A stretch of 64,000 bases of DNA from Bacteroidales bacterium (GCA_031262295.1 JAISIA010000024.1:10659-74658), one strand, 5' to 3'. Positions 10,311 to 21,415 are shown, counted from the stretch's first letter. Translations and numbers: made by a program. Notes: a model not told the origin generated them from the letters alone.

Positions 10311-11402
10311 TTAATTTATCTTTTTAATTTCTCCTGTTTGGCAATTAAAGAAAATATTCTTTTCTTTTATAATCATTGGAACGATTTCGCCGTATTGGTT
10401 AAGTGAAATATATTGAGAAAAGGTCTTTTTTGGCGTTTTAATCTCTACTTTTACCATTTGAGGCAGAGCATAATAAACTCCTTTTACTCCCTTATCCTTA
10501 TTTGTAGAATCTATATACTCGTTTTTTGTTAATTTTATTTGATCATTTGCCTTAAAACTCACCATAATTGGAATTGGACTACCTTGAAGTGGGATAACAA
10601 GAGCCTCTTTTTCTATTATAGGTTTTTGAGGCACTAAGGTAAATTGTCTTTTTTCTTTGCCTATTATGGTTTTTCCTGTAAATAAACTTACATATCCATC
10701 AATTATTTCGTCAATTTGTTTGTACATATAGTCTAATGTGGTGTTTATATATGTGCCTTCCAATTCTCCAGAAAGTATTTCCAACTGCTTTTCTCTTAAT
10801 TTTCCTATTTTTTCAACAACTTCCTCAGCAGATAAATTTAGTTTTTCCAATTGATTTTTTTCAATTAACACCTCTTCAAATATCTTTTTAGGGGTTAAAC
10901 TCTCTGTTTTTCCTTCTTGATTATTAATTTTTCCTCTGCATTTTCCTTTTTCACAGCTATGTTTTGAACAATTATCTCTTTCTTTTTGAAAACAAGGAGT
11001 TTTTTTACAATGTTTTTGATTATATATAATGCTTTTTATAATTCCATTATCGTCCTTATTGATAGAAAACTTATCATTATTGGCTATTATAACATATTGT
11101 TTTAGGGAGGTTTCTTCAATTTGGGTGTTAATCTTTATGTCCTCAACACTAAAAGTCTCTTCATTATTTGTTATAACATTTTTTAGTCCCAACAAATAAG
11201 CCTTATCGGCAAATATACCCTTTATCTTTTCTTCTTTTTTGTAAGTTACATCCAAAACAACTTCTGTGTTTTGAGGAAGGGAATAATGAATTATGGTTTT
11301 ATCTTTTACTTGTGGAATATCCTCTATTGGAAAGGATACAAAGGATGAGGAACATCCCAAAAAGAAAACCATAACAAACAAACTCAATACTAAATTTTTC
11401 AT
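10311..11402 (-). CDS. lipoprotein of unknown function with Cys/His-rich insert
   Basis: 363 aa. Lipobox FFLGCSSS. Cys/His cluster HCKKTPCFQKERDNCSKHSCEKGKC at residues 131-155. Confidence 0.55.
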   Translation of the reverse strand: MKNLVLSLFVMVFFLGCSSSFVSFPIEDIPQVKDKTIIHYSLPQNTEVVLDVTYKKEEKIKGIFADKAYLLGLKNVITNNEETFSVEDIKINTQIEETSLKQYVIIANNDKFSINKDDNGIIKSIIYNQKHCKKTPCFQKERDNCSKHSCEKGKCRGKINNQEGKTESLTPKKIFEEVLIEKNQLEKLNLSAEEVVEKIGKLREKQLEILSGELEGTYINTTLDYMYKQIDEIIDGYVSLFTGKTIIGKEKRQFTLVPQKPIIEKEALVIPLQGSPIPIMVSFKANDQIKLTKNEYIDSTNKDKGVKGVYYALPQMVKVEIKTPKKTFSQYISLNQYGEIVPMIIKEKNIFFNCQTGEIKKIN

Positions 11403-11406
11403 ATAA

Positions 11407-13149
11407 CTATTTATTAATAAATTTTATTTCTTTTATTGCTTTTAAGCCCAATATCCCATACTTATTATTCAGACTTATGATTTGGTAACTCTTACCATTT
11501 TTATATGCATTATAAAGTAGGTTAGATATATTCTCCAATTCAGCTTTTACAGCACCACTTTCTATAACGTTAAATATGGTATTAAATTTTTCATCCACTA
11601 TATTTAATTTTTTCCCCTCCACAACAAAGCCATAGCCTTTTACCATTGGAGTTATATAGTCAAAATGTTTATCATTTATTGGCTTAAAAGTTTTTCTACT
11701 TGCATAAAGCCAGCCTTTACTATCCTTTACAATAATAATTGAATCAAATGAAAGTGAAAATTCTTTATATGGAGTCTTTATTTCCCTACCCTTAGAAAAG
11801 GATATTCCAGAGGCGTTTATTGGATATTGTTTCAATTTACCTTTTTCAATAAAGACAATGGTTGAATCATAAATATCCACAATGGCGTTTAATCCATCGT
11901 AAATTTCCTTTCCCTTATCGTTAAACAAACTATAACGATTATTTCTTCTTGCAAGAAAAAGAGTATCTCTTTGAGAAATTACCTTTACCTCATCGTATTG
12001 AGGCTGCAAATACACAACTCCAATTCTTGAAATTATTCCTTTACCCCCATTTTGTGTTATATTGAAGTAGGGAGAAACATCCATTGGCTCCACATCATCG
12101 TAAGCTGCATGAATAATTACTCTTCCCCTCTTATCCAAAAGAGCAGTCCGACCTCCCCTAACGCCCTTTATATATTGTATTCCTTCAAAAATAAAGGTAG
12201 AAAAGCTCTCAAATTGTGGTCTAACTATGATTTTGCCTTGCTGATTTATTAATCCCCAATAGCCATTTAAATTAAAGGAATAGACATCATCTTGAATAAG
12301 TATATTTATATCCTTATATATAGGCTCTAAAATAATCATTCCGTTATAGTCCATAAGACCAACAAGGGAGTCTTTCTTAAATATTATTCTCTGCCAATCA
12401 AAATTTATTATATTGTTTTTATCAATTTGTGGCATTTTTCTTCCTTCTGGCTTTTCTCCCTTCCTATTTACTAATTCGGTTTTCTCACCTTCTCTAATGT
12501 AGAAGTTACCTCCTCCAATGTATTTTACTATATCGCAATCCAATTTTGCAATAAAGCGAAAAGGAAATAATGAAGCGTTATTTACCTCTACAAAAGATAT
12601 TATTGTGTCATTATCAAAATATTCAACAATATCGCTATTTGTATTAAACACCATATTCTTTTCCTTCATTGAAGCTACAAAAAAGGTGTCCTCATCTATC
12701 TTTACTTTTATTGTATCAAACTCTGGGTAAAGGTATCCAATGCCATTGAAGTTTATTATCCCGTATTTGTTGTCTTGTTTTGTAAGAATTAGATCTGAGG
12801 ATGTAACAAATAAGTCTTCATATACAGGTTGTATAAGAACTCTTCCTTCAATTGTAAGTAGTGCCATCCTACCATTGGGCATTATTGCCTTAATATAGGT
12901 TTCCCTATAAGTCTTATAGGAAAACACAGTATCAAAATAGGGTTCATAAATTATGGTATTCGTTCCGTCAATTAACCCTACCTTATCATCCTTTGTAGTA
13001 AAGGCATATATGGAAGTATAATTTAGTTTTTCTATTTTTTTAATTTCTCCATACTTATCCTTTAATGTATTTAATATTTCTTCTTGAGAAAACCCTTGAA
13101 GAGAAAGTATGGAGAAGAGGAATAATAATATTGAAACCTTAATTTTCAT
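11407..13149 (-). CDS. WG-repeat (KWG) containing secreted protein
   Basis: 580 aa with a signal peptide. Many repeats of the type YGIINFNG, VGLIDGTN, WGLINQQGKIIVRPQFE and VGLMDYNGMIILEPIY. Confidence 0.7.
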   Translation of the reverse strand: MKIKVSILLFLFSILSLQGFSQEEILNTLKDKYGEIKKIEKLNYTSIYAFTTKDDKVGLIDGTNTIIYEPYFDTVFSYKTYRETYIKAIMPNGRMALLTIEGRVLIQPVYEDLFVTSSDLILTKQDNKYGIINFNGIGYLYPEFDTIKVKIDEDTFFVASMKEKNMVFNTNSDIVEYFDNDTIISFVEVNNASLFPFRFIAKLDCDIVKYIGGGNFYIREGEKTELVNRKGEKPEGRKMPQIDKNNIINFDWQRIIFKKDSLVGLMDYNGMIILEPIYKDINILIQDDVYSFNLNGYWGLINQQGKIIVRPQFESFSTFIFEGIQYIKGVRGGRTALLDKRGRVIIHAAYDDVEPMDVSPYFNITQNGGKGIISRIGVVYLQPQYDEVKVISQRDTLFLARRNNRYSLFNDKGKEIYDGLNAIVDIYDSTIVFIEKGKLKQYPINASGISFSKGREIKTPYKEFSLSFDSIIIVKDSKGWLYASRKTFKPINDKHFDYITPMVKGYGFVVEGKKLNIVDEKFNTIFNVIESGAVKAELENISNLLYNAYKNGKSYQIISLNNKYGILGLKAIKEIKFINK

Positions 13150-13162
13150 AATCTATGTTTTT

Positions 13163-14197
13163 TTATACACTTGGCTCTTGCTGACTAAGGCAATGAAAGG
13201 AACCTAATCCCCAAATTATCTCAGTGGAATCAATTCCTATAACCTTTCTATCCTTAAAACATTCCTCCAAAGTGTAAATTGCCTTATTGTCTTTCTTGCA
13301 ATTGAAAACAGGAACAACTACAATATTATTTGCAATATAAAAATTGGCATAAGAGGCAGGAAGAATTTGGTCATCCCAAACGACATCATCCGGCATTGGA
13401 AGAGGAACTATATTTGCTTGTTTGCCGTTTTCCAACCTTGCCTTACTTAATATGTCCATATTATTCTTTAATGCCTTATAATTATTGTGCGTTTTATCCT
13501 CTTCAATTACTGAAACTATGGTATCTTCATTAACAAAACGTGTAATATCATCAACATGCCCATCAGTATCATCTCCCTCTATCCCTTCTTTTAGCCATAT
13601 TATGTTTTCAACTCCATAATAGCTTATTAGTTTTTCCTCTATTTCTTCTTTTTTTAGTTGAGGATTCCTATTCTTATTTAATAGACAATTCTCTGTTGTA
13701 ATTAAAGAACCCTTCCCATTAAAATCTACGCTTCCTCCTTCCATTACAATATTGGGAGAAAAGACAACTATATTTTCTTTTTCTGCAACAAATAGAGGAA
13801 TATTATTATCATTTGAACATGGATATTTGCCTCCCCAAGCATTGTATTGCCAATTTACAATAGCTTTTTCTTTTTTTGTTTGATTAATTATAAAAGAAGG
13901 ACCACAATCTCTCATCCATGCATCATCGGTTTTAAAGATATGGAAGTGTATATTTTTCATATTAGCTTCCAAAAGCATTAATTCCTTTTCTACTTTTTCT
14001 TTCATAGAGGAATTAGTCACAATTATATTTACCTCTTCCTCATTTGCAATAGCCTTAATAAAGCAATTATAATATGGAAATATAGTATTTATTTTCTCTG
14101 GCCAAGAATTTTCATTATGAGGATAAGAAAGCCAAGTAGCCTTATGCTTATACCATTCAGCAGGAAAAAAATATCCTAATTCTTTTGGTGTTTTCAT
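13163..14197 (-). CDS. aguA: agmatine deiminase
   Basis: 344 aa. Motifs MRDCGP, EGGSVDFNG and DGHVDD, plus C-terminal GSFHCLSQQEP with the catalytic Cys. Adjacent to N-carbamoylputrescine amidase. Confidence 0.85.
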   Translation of the reverse strand: MKTPKELGYFFPAEWYKHKATWLSYPHNENSWPEKINTIFPYYNCFIKAIANEEEVNIIVTNSSMKEKVEKELMLLEANMKNIHFHIFKTDDAWMRDCGPSFIINQTKKEKAIVNWQYNAWGGKYPCSNDNNIPLFVAEKENIVVFSPNIVMEGGSVDFNGKGSLITTENCLLNKNRNPQLKKEEIEEKLISYYGVENIIWLKEGIEGDDTDGHVDDITRFVNEDTIVSVIEEDKTHNNYKALKNNMDILSKARLENGKQANIVPLPMPDDVVWDDQILPASYANFYIANNIVVVPVFNCKKDNKAIYTLEECFKDRKVIGIDSTEIIWGLGSFHCLSQQEPSV

Positions 14198-14229
14198 TTT
14201 TCTATTTCTTTAAATAATAGAGTAAAAAC

Positions 14230-15102
14230 CTACTTATCGTCATTATCAATATATCTTTTCAATATTGGTTTATAGGAATCTATTCTTCTATCCCTTAAAA
14301 ATGGCCAATGTATCCTATAATGGTTAGTTAGAGATGTATCAATTTCTACAACCTCTACTGCTTCCTCATTGTGTGGTGCTTTATATAATATAGTGCCAAA
14401 AGGATTGGCTACAAAACTTCCTCCCCAAAATTGCATATCCCCTTCTCTTCCTGTGCGATTTACTGAAACTACATGTACGCCATTAGAAATTGCATGCGAA
14501 AGTTGCATAGTTTGCCAAGCTAAGTGCTGCTCCTGATTTGTCTTTTCATCTTGTGAAATATGCCAACCAATAGCCGTTGGATAGAAAAGAATATCCGCAC
14601 CCATTAAAGCAGTAATCCTACTTGCCTCACTGTACCATTGGTCCCAACAAATCAAAACTCCTATCCTTCCAAAGGCAGTATCAAAAACCTTATAGCCCAA
14701 ATCACCAGGAGTAAAGTAGAATTTCTCATAATATCCTGGGTCATCAGGAATATGCATCTTCCTATACTTACCCAAATACCTTCCATCAGAGTCTATAATT
14801 GCACAGGTATTAAAATATAATCCCTTTGCCTTTTTCTCAAATAATGAAGCAACAATCACTATATTTTCTTCCCTTGCAACAAGAGATAGTATTTCTGTTG
14901 TACTTCCAGGAATCTCTTCTGACAAAAGAAAGTTATCATAGTTTTCTTCATCACAAAAATAAAGACTACAAAACAATTCTTCCAAGCAAACAATATTTGC
15001 TCCCTTCTTTGCTGCATTTCTAATCTCTCTTACAGCTTTTTTTATATTTTCATCCTTATCTTCTACACAAGAAAGTTGAACTAAACCAATTTTTACCTTC
15101 AT
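14230..15102 (-). CDS. aguB: N-carbamoylputrescine amidase (carbon-nitrogen hydrolase)
   Basis: 290 aa. Nitrilase-superfamily E-K-C triad context (CLEELF, YRKMHIPDDPGYYEK, VLICWDQW). Paired with aguA. Confidence 0.85.
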   Translation of the reverse strand: MKVKIGLVQLSCVEDKDENIKKAVREIRNAAKKGANIVCLEELFCSLYFCDEENYDNFLLSEEIPGSTTEILSLVAREENIVIVASLFEKKAKGLYFNTCAIIDSDGRYLGKYRKMHIPDDPGYYEKFYFTPGDLGYKVFDTAFGRIGVLICWDQWYSEASRITALMGADILFYPTAIGWHISQDEKTNQEQHLAWQTMQLSHAISNGVHVVSVNRTGREGDMQFWGGSFVANPFGTILYKAPHNEEAVEVVEIDTSLTNHYRIHWPFLRDRRIDSYKPILKRYIDNDDK

Positions 15103-15106
15103 AAAA

Positions 15107-16003
15107 CTATATTATTTGCTTTTTTTTAAAATCTTTTTGACTTAAAAATACTCCAACTATAACAACTAACATCCCTATAACCTTATTTATTGTCATCTCT
15201 TCCTTACCCAAAACCCAAACAAGCAAAAGTGTCATTATTGGAATGGCATTAGTAAATATTGTAGTCTTTGCAACAGAGAGCTTCTTTGCTGAAAAAGAAT
15301 AGAAAATAAAAGCTATGGAAGAACAAAGTATTGCCAAAGCAAACAAAGGATAGAGAGTTGAAAAATTAAAAGGCAGACTTAGAAACGTTTTCCATTCAAA
15401 AATAAAGAATATAGGTAGATAATATATAGCTCCAATAATGTTTTGTGTTGTTGTAATTGTTATCGGTTCATATTTTTCTATAACCTTATATAGGGTAGCA
15501 CTATATCCAACAGATGCAATTACGGCAACAAACATCAAGGCTATACCCCTAAGATTAGCATTGAAGTTTTCTTTGCCCGAATAACTCATAACAAATAATC
15601 CAATAAAGGTTAGTACAACCCCAATTATTATCTGCCAACGCATCTTTTCTCCATGTATGAAATACAATCCAATAGGGACAAATATAGGAATAGTTGCAAT
15701 AATTATTGAACCCAAAGAGGCATCTACATATTTTAATCCCCAATTCTCCCCAAAAAAATATAGGAATGGCTCAAAAAAAGATAATAAAAGGAAAAGTGGA
15801 TAATCCTTCCTATCTATTCTATCTATCTTCTTAGTTGTATAGAATATTAAAAAAAGTAGAACAGCAGAGATAACGAGCCTTAGAGTTATTATTATAATAG
15901 GAGAAAAACCCACAGCTAAAAGCTCTTTGGTCCAAATAAAACTCATAGACCAAACAAACATAGATATTATTATAGCAATATATGCAGAGGTTTTATTTAA
16001 CAT
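15107..16003 (-). CDS. DMT-superfamily (EamA-like) transporter
   Basis: 298 aa, about 10 predicted TM helices in a two-EamA-repeat layout. A TACATTTG box lies on the minus strand at 16029-16036. Confidence 0.7.
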   Translation of the reverse strand: MLNKTSAYIAIIISMFVWSMSFIWTKELLAVGFSPIIIITLRLVISAVLLFLIFYTTKKIDRIDRKDYPLFLLLSFFEPFLYFFGENWGLKYVDASLGSIIIATIPIFVPIGLYFIHGEKMRWQIIIGVVLTFIGLFVMSYSGKENFNANLRGIALMFVAVIASVGYSATLYKVIEKYEPITITTTQNIIGAIYYLPIFFIFEWKTFLSLPFNFSTLYPLFALAILCSSIAFIFYSFSAKKLSVAKTTIFTNAIPIMTLLLVWVLGKEEMTINKVIGMLVVIVGVFLSQKDFKKKQII

Positions 16004-16057
16004 AGTCCTTTTTTAAGATTTCAAAAGGCAAATGTACGGCTTTTTCACAAAAGATTG

Positions 16058-16065
16058 TAAGTTTG
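16058..16065 (+). promoter_or_regulatory. -7 box upstream of the metallophosphoesterase gene
   Basis: TAAGTTTG, 33 nt before ATG 16099. Confidence 0.4.
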
Positions 16066-16098
16066 CAAATGGAATTTTAAAGAGAAAAACTGCATTAT

Positions 16099-16584
16099 AT
16101 GACAAATATTGGTCTTTTATCCGACACCCACAATAGCCTTCCTAAGCAGGTTTATACATTTTTTAAGGATTGTGATATAGTTCTTTGTGCAGGAGATATT
16201 GGTTCTACTGACGTCCTTGATGAATTAAGAAATTTTAAAGAAACTATTGCCGTCTATGGAAATATAGATGGATATGATATAACCTGCCAATTAAAACGTA
16301 TAGAAACATTTTTTATAGAAAAAACAAAGATTACCCTAACCCATATTGGAGGTTATCCAAATCATTATGAAAAAGGCATAAAGGAAATTCTTATAAAAGA
16401 AAAACCAAATATATTTATCTCTGGTCATAGCCACATATTAAAGGTGATTTACGATAAAGAATTAGACCTACTACATCTTAATCCTGGCGCCTGTGGCAAC
16501 TACGGATTTCACAAACAAAGAACCCTTATACGCTTTTCAATAGATGAAAAAACACCAAAAAACTTAGAAATCCTCGAATTTTAG
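16099..16584 (+). CDS. YfcE/MJ0936-type metallophosphoesterase
   Basis: 161 aa. Motifs GLLSDTH, CAGDIGS, GNIDG and SGHSH. Confidence 0.8.
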   Translation: MTNIGLLSDTHNSLPKQVYTFFKDCDIVLCAGDIGSTDVLDELRNFKETIAVYGNIDGYDITCQLKRIETFFIEKTKITLTHIGGYPNHYEKGIKEILIKEKPNIFISGHSHILKVIYDKELDLLHLNPGACGNYGFHKQRTLIRFSIDEKTPKNLEILEF

Positions 16585-17150
16585 CCACCAAGTGGCATTT
16601 AGTTTCCTGACGGAACTTATGGTTTTATTTTTATAGAGGGAGGTATGATTAAATTTTTTCTATGCTTTATTTTTTGGTAAAATAAACCTCTATTTTAACA
16701 TCATTTTTTAAAAAAAACGTCAAAATTTAACATTTTTTAACATTTCATTCAATTTTTGTCGGCAACCGACCTTTGTTTTTCCTAACGGAATTTAATATTT
16801 TCAAATTATTAATTATCAATATAATCCAAACAGATTTTAATATGTTTTCCCCGATTTTTAATTAAAAAACACAAAACCTTATTTTTTCAGAAAAAAACGA
16901 AGAAAAATTCAAATAAAACGCTGTTTTAATTTTCTAAAACGAAGAAATAATTTTCTAAAACGCTGTTTTATTTTACTAAAACGAAGTTTTATTCAGCAAT
17001 AACATACTAATAATAAAGTTATTACATCTTCAATAAAATAAAAATAAGATTTAGGAAAAATATTAGGCTTTTGCCCTAAGAAGAAACTTTGTTTAGGCAA
17101 AGGTATAAAAAAGATTTGATATATGCAAATGGGGGTTTTTGGTTTTGAAA
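16584..17150. repeat. intergenic repeat locus B: truncated long composite copy
   Basis: Hairpin gccaccaagtggc 16584-16596 overlaps the stop codon of the upstream gene. TTTAACAT boxes lie at about 16726-16747 and a hairpin unit at 16758-16790. Five 21-bp repeats have CG at 16898, 16919, 16940, 16961 and 16982. The internal promoter is at 17098-17129. Collinear with 34560-34995. Confidence 0.85.
17098..17129 (-). promoter_or_regulatory. Bacteroidetes sigma-A type promoter inside repeat copy B
   Basis: Minus strand: TTTG (complement 17126-17129), 20 nt, TACCTTTG (complement 17098-17105). It points toward the 21-bp array at 16889-16993. Confidence 0.6.
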
Positions 17151-17430
17151 TATGTATTATAGTATTTGATTTAGAAAATATTAAAGATTTTAATAAAAGA
17201 AAAATTTAACAATCTCAGAAAATAAGTCTATATATATTAATCATATTTCCAACAATATATAATTTTTGCAATCAGTTTAAAAGAATGCAAAAAACAATTT
17301 CATTTTACAAATTTCCATATATTTTTCCCGTATTGAATCTATTATACAAATAAACAAAGAAATACAAAAAAAATTTTATAATACTATTAAAATAAAATTT
17401 ATATTATTTGCTTAATATATTCCATAAAGG

Positions 17431-18375
17431 CTAAAAACTTAGAGGGATTGAAACACCTATTCTTTCTTTAAATTGAATTTTACTACTGAAATCGTAGTTA
17501 TATGCTACTTGAATATTTATAAAGGCAGATAAATATTTATTTACCTTCATCGTTAGGTTTGCTTCAAAATTTATATCCGTATTTGTAAGGAATGGAGTTT
17601 TATTATAGTCATTGAAAAACTCTAATTTGGCAAGTAGATGTCCATTAGTAAATACTTCTTTTTCAAAAAATAGTTTTATATAAGAACCAACGGCAAAAAA
17701 GGTTCTTTGTCCGTCTTCTTCCATTGAATAATTCCCTGCCTTAGCTAAAGATTCCTTATATATGAATGTTGTTCTCCCTGTAAGAGGAGAAATTAATATG
17801 GAAATAAAAGGCTTTGGTTTGTATTCAAAACCAATTGATGTTGTTAGATATGCAGGAGATAGTAATGCCGAAACTAAGATTGAATCATCTTTATATCCAT
17901 TATCAAACTGGCTCTTAAAATTAACCAATAGAGAATAGTTCCAACTACGAAATGCCCTATAACCTAATATGGAGTTAAACTCTATCTTGTCTTCATTTTT
18001 TCTAAACTTATTTCCCTTATCAAATACTCCCCTACCATTATTATCTTGTCTCATCTTACCATAGCCCAACTCTAAGGAATTATCCCATTTTAATTTTTGT
18101 CTATGATAATTAAAAAAACCATTATAAAATACACTAAATGCAAAGGATCCAACACCCCCTGCTTCCCAATTAGAAAAGGCGTTTTGTTCTGTATTAAAGG
18201 TTATATTATTTTTTATATACCATCTTTTAAGTTTTGTGGTATCTTCAACAATTGTTGCAGTTTTTTTTGTTGCATTATTAATTGCTTCAACAGCTGTTTT
18301 CTTTACATCGTCCTGAGAATATATCTTAGGAGAAAAAGCAATTATTAGAATTAAAAATAAAAGTATTTTTTTCAT
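17431..18375 (-). CDS. DUF3078-like outer-membrane beta-barrel protein
   Basis: 314 aa with a signal peptide. NTEQNAFSNWEAGG motif and beta-barrel-like sequence ending in F. Confidence 0.5.
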   Translation of the reverse strand: MKKILLFLILIIAFSPKIYSQDDVKKTAVEAINNATKKTATIVEDTTKLKRWYIKNNITFNTEQNAFSNWEAGGVGSFAFSVFYNGFFNYHRQKLKWDNSLELGYGKMRQDNNGRGVFDKGNKFRKNEDKIEFNSILGYRAFRSWNYSLLVNFKSQFDNGYKDDSILVSALLSPAYLTTSIGFEYKPKPFISILISPLTGRTTFIYKESLAKAGNYSMEEDGQRTFFAVGSYIKLFFEKEVFTNGHLLAKLEFFNDYNKTPFLTNTDINFEANLTMKVNKYLSAFINIQVAYNYDFSSKIQFKERIGVSIPLSF

Positions 18376-18429
18376 TTCTTTTTTTTATTTGTTATATATT
18401 ATTGTTTAATTATCTTTTTTAAATTTTTA

Positions 18430-19104
18430 TTATAGGTTAATTGCTTTATAAAAGAAAGCATTTATATCTTTTAGAGAATGGAATACTTCCAAAACATAGT
18501 CTTTAAAATTCTTTTCCATTGCCTTTTGAGCAGGAAAATATATGGAAGGAGTAAAATGTTTATTCTTTAAGTATTCAATATACTCCCAATTATTTGGATA
18601 CCCCTTAGGAGCTTTCTTTAATTTACCATCTGAATCAAAGCCTATGAAATATTTTTTAAAGTTTTTATCATTCATTATCTTGTTAAACTCATCTATATTA
18701 TAATAGATCTCATCCCTAATCTTTTTTATACTATCCTTATCTGCTCCATATACTCCACCGGCTATCATACAAAATGTTTCTTCTATGTGAAGATAATAAC
18801 ACGGAACGCCGTTTTGTTTCATTGGAGCACAACATATACAAGTAGAAAAATAAGTTTTCAAAAGAGATTTGTCAGGAGAAAAACGTATATCTCTAAATTG
18901 TCTATACATAGTTTTTTCTCCTTCAAATAGCCCAACAGTATTATCAAATTTTCTTATTTGAGGTATTAACTCATTTGCAAAGAGTGCTACCTCTTTTCTT
19001 GCATCATTTACTCTTGATTTATTTTCATGATACCACTGACTATTGTTATTTGCACTCATATCCTTTAAGGTTGCAAATAATTCCTTAGAAAAACAATCCT
19101 TCAT
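18430..19104 (-). CDS. DUF2461 (TIGR02453) family protein
   Basis: 224 aa. The motif MYRQFRDIRFSPDKSLLKTY matches the family hallmark R-D-x-RFS-x-DK. Confidence 0.55.
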   Translation of the reverse strand: MKDCFSKELFATLKDMSANNNSQWYHENKSRVNDARKEVALFANELIPQIRKFDNTVGLFEGEKTMYRQFRDIRFSPDKSLLKTYFSTCICCAPMKQNGVPCYYLHIEETFCMIAGGVYGADKDSIKKIRDEIYYNIDEFNKIMNDKNFKKYFIGFDSDGKLKKAPKGYPNNWEYIEYLKNKHFTPSIYFPAQKAMEKNFKDYVLEVFHSLKDINAFFYKAINL

Positions 19105-19108
19105 TGTA

Positions 19109-21151
19109 TTATCCCCTTTTTTTTATTAAAAAATATGTCTCCAAAGCCAAAGAAAAAGCGAGCAAAGATAGTAAAATTAATGATAAGATATTATTTCTGT
19201 CTGTTTTAGAAACAAATTGTTCAATTGTTTTTTCTTTTCCAGAGAATACATCATAGCCTTTTAATCCGTATTTTTTTATTTTCTCCTTAATTTGTGAAGG
19301 CTCATAGAAACTCAAATAAGATTCCTTCCTATCGTAGTTCAAAGATATTTTTCCAACAATAGAATCATTGCTTGTTATATTATAATTTCCTGCCTTATTA
19401 ATTTGATTATATAGAAGTATATAATCCATATTTTCTCCCTTTGTAAGGGAAGGAATAATAGAGAAGCTACTATCCAAAGAGGTTACTTTTAAAAGTTTTA
19501 TTCTATTTATATTTGGAATATGAGATACATCAATGGGGTTATTGGTATTTATATAGTAGTATAGCTCATTAGTACTTTGACTAAATAATGCCATATTCCA
19601 TATTGTGGGAACAAATAAAGCCTCCTTAACAAAGGATGTTCCCTCTTGGTTTAATGGAGAGGAAAACATATAGACCCTACTTTTATCCATAGTACTTACT
19701 ATAAGGAAAGCATCATTTGAAGGAAAAGATAGAATATCGTCCTTAATTGTATTTGTAAAAGATGAAATAGTATAATAGTAATTAACCTCTGGCTTTTCCA
19801 TATTATCCTTTTTTTGAAGAAAAACCCCATCATAAAGAGGGTTGTTTGAGAAAACCTTACTGACTTTATTCTTTTTCTTTACCAAAGATGTGTAAAGAGG
19901 AAGTTTCAATTGAGAAAGGGCACTATTATAAGAAGGAATATCAATATTGGAACAAGGAATAATAAGAATATCTCCTCCATTTTCCCTATATTTTAGTAGT
20001 TGAGAGGATAATCCTGAGGAGATTTCATCCAACTCATTTAAGATTATTAAGGAATAATTTGAAAATGCGGCATAGTCTATATTGTTTTTTGAACAATTAT
20101 CATATTTAATCTTTGTTTGATTTTTAAACAATCGGGATATATATTCATTTTCTTTGTCATTATTTATTGAAAGAACGCCTATATTTTCCTTTACATTTAT
20201 GGTAAAATATAACGCATCATCAAAAATTATTGGATAATCCTCAATAATAACTCTACAATTTATGGGTCCATACCTATCAATTGTGAAGTTTAAATCAACA
20301 TTCCCCACTCCATTTTCTTCTATATCGCAACTTGAAACAGCCTCTTGCTTATTATCAACAAAGAGTTTTACAGATAGAAGTTCAACCTTTTTATCTGTTT
20401 TATTGTTTATCCTTACTCTTATAGATATATTTTCTCCTTTTTCAATAAGTGGAGAAAGCAAAAAGAGGGTATCTATATATATATTATTGATATTATTTGC
20501 TATTAGTGGAATAAATCTTGTTTTCAAAAGAGTATCCTTAGGGAAGTTTTCAATATCAAATGCGCTTTTTTGATAGTCCGATATTATAAATAGGTATTTA
20601 TTTAATTCTTTCTTTTCTTTTAAAAAGTCATTTATAATATTTATGGGTTGAGATAAAAAAGGAGAAGCACTACTTAAATTTATATTATCAATATTTGAAA
20701 TAATATCTTTTTTACTTATAAATTGCTCATCCTTTCCTTTTATATCCATATCCATTAAAAGAAATTCGTCATCTTCATTATATAGACTTGCAATAAGTTT
20801 TGCTTTCTTTTTAGCCACAGAAAGTAATTGTCCTTCTTTGGAAGCATTTTCCATAGAAAAGCTATTATCTATTAGTATTGCAATAGCATTTTTTTTATTA
20901 TTGTTTTCATCATTTGAAATATATGGCTTAGCAAAAAGAAGAGATAGACAAACAATTATCAATATTCTTGATAGAAGAAGGAGGTAGTTTTTCAATTGAT
21001 TTTGTCTCTTATTGCTTACTATAATATTTTTTAACATCCTTACATTGGTAAAATACTCTCTTTTATACCTTCTAAAATTAAATAGGTGTATAATAATTGG
21101 TATTATTACCAAGAAAAGTCCATAAAGAAATAGAGGATTATAAAAATGCAC
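19109..21151 (-). CDS. BatA-like membrane protein (N-terminal double-TM aerotolerance domain)
   Basis: 680 aa. GTG start (complement 21149-21151). N-terminus MHFYNPLFLYGLFLVIIPIIIHLFNFRRYK and a C-terminal TM helix. A TAACTTTG box lies on the minus strand at 21184-21191. Confidence 0.6.
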   Translation of the reverse strand: MHFYNPLFLYGLFLVIIPIIIHLFNFRRYKREYFTNVRMLKNIIVSNKRQNQLKNYLLLLSRILIIVCLSLLFAKPYISNDENNNKKNAIAILIDNSFSMENASKEGQLLSVAKKKAKLIASLYNEDDEFLLMDMDIKGKDEQFISKKDIISNIDNINLSSASPFLSQPINIINDFLKEKKELNKYLFIISDYQKSAFDIENFPKDTLLKTRFIPLIANNINNIYIDTLFLLSPLIEKGENISIRVRINNKTDKKVELLSVKLFVDNKQEAVSSCDIEENGVGNVDLNFTIDRYGPINCRVIIEDYPIIFDDALYFTINVKENIGVLSINNDKENEYISRLFKNQTKIKYDNCSKNNIDYAAFSNYSLIILNELDEISSGLSSQLLKYRENGGDILIIPCSNIDIPSYNSALSQLKLPLYTSLVKKKNKVSKVFSNNPLYDGVFLQKKDNMEKPEVNYYYTISSFTNTIKDDILSFPSNDAFLIVSTMDKSRVYMFSSPLNQEGTSFVKEALFVPTIWNMALFSQSTNELYYYINTNNPIDVSHIPNINRIKLLKVTSLDSSFSIIPSLTKGENMDYILLYNQINKAGNYNITSNDSIVGKISLNYDRKESYLSFYEPSQIKEKIKKYGLKGYDVFSGKEKTIEQFVSKTDRNNILSLILLSLLAFSLALETYFLIKKRG

Positions 21152-21415
21152 AGCTACTATTTTAATATTTTTTAATACAAGTGCAAAGTTACAAACTTTT
21201 AATTTCTCATAGCCAACTTAGGCTAAAATGACTAATACTCAATTAGAGAAAGAAATTTGTATTTATTTTTTTGTTCTATTTTCATAAAAAAACATTGTAT
21301 TTTATAAAAATTATTGTTCCTTTGCAAGCAGATTAATGACAAAAAAGGTTTAACTAAAAAAACAGATGTATTATGAAAAGGAAATAAATAAAATTTTTAA
21401 TTAATACGTAAAGTC

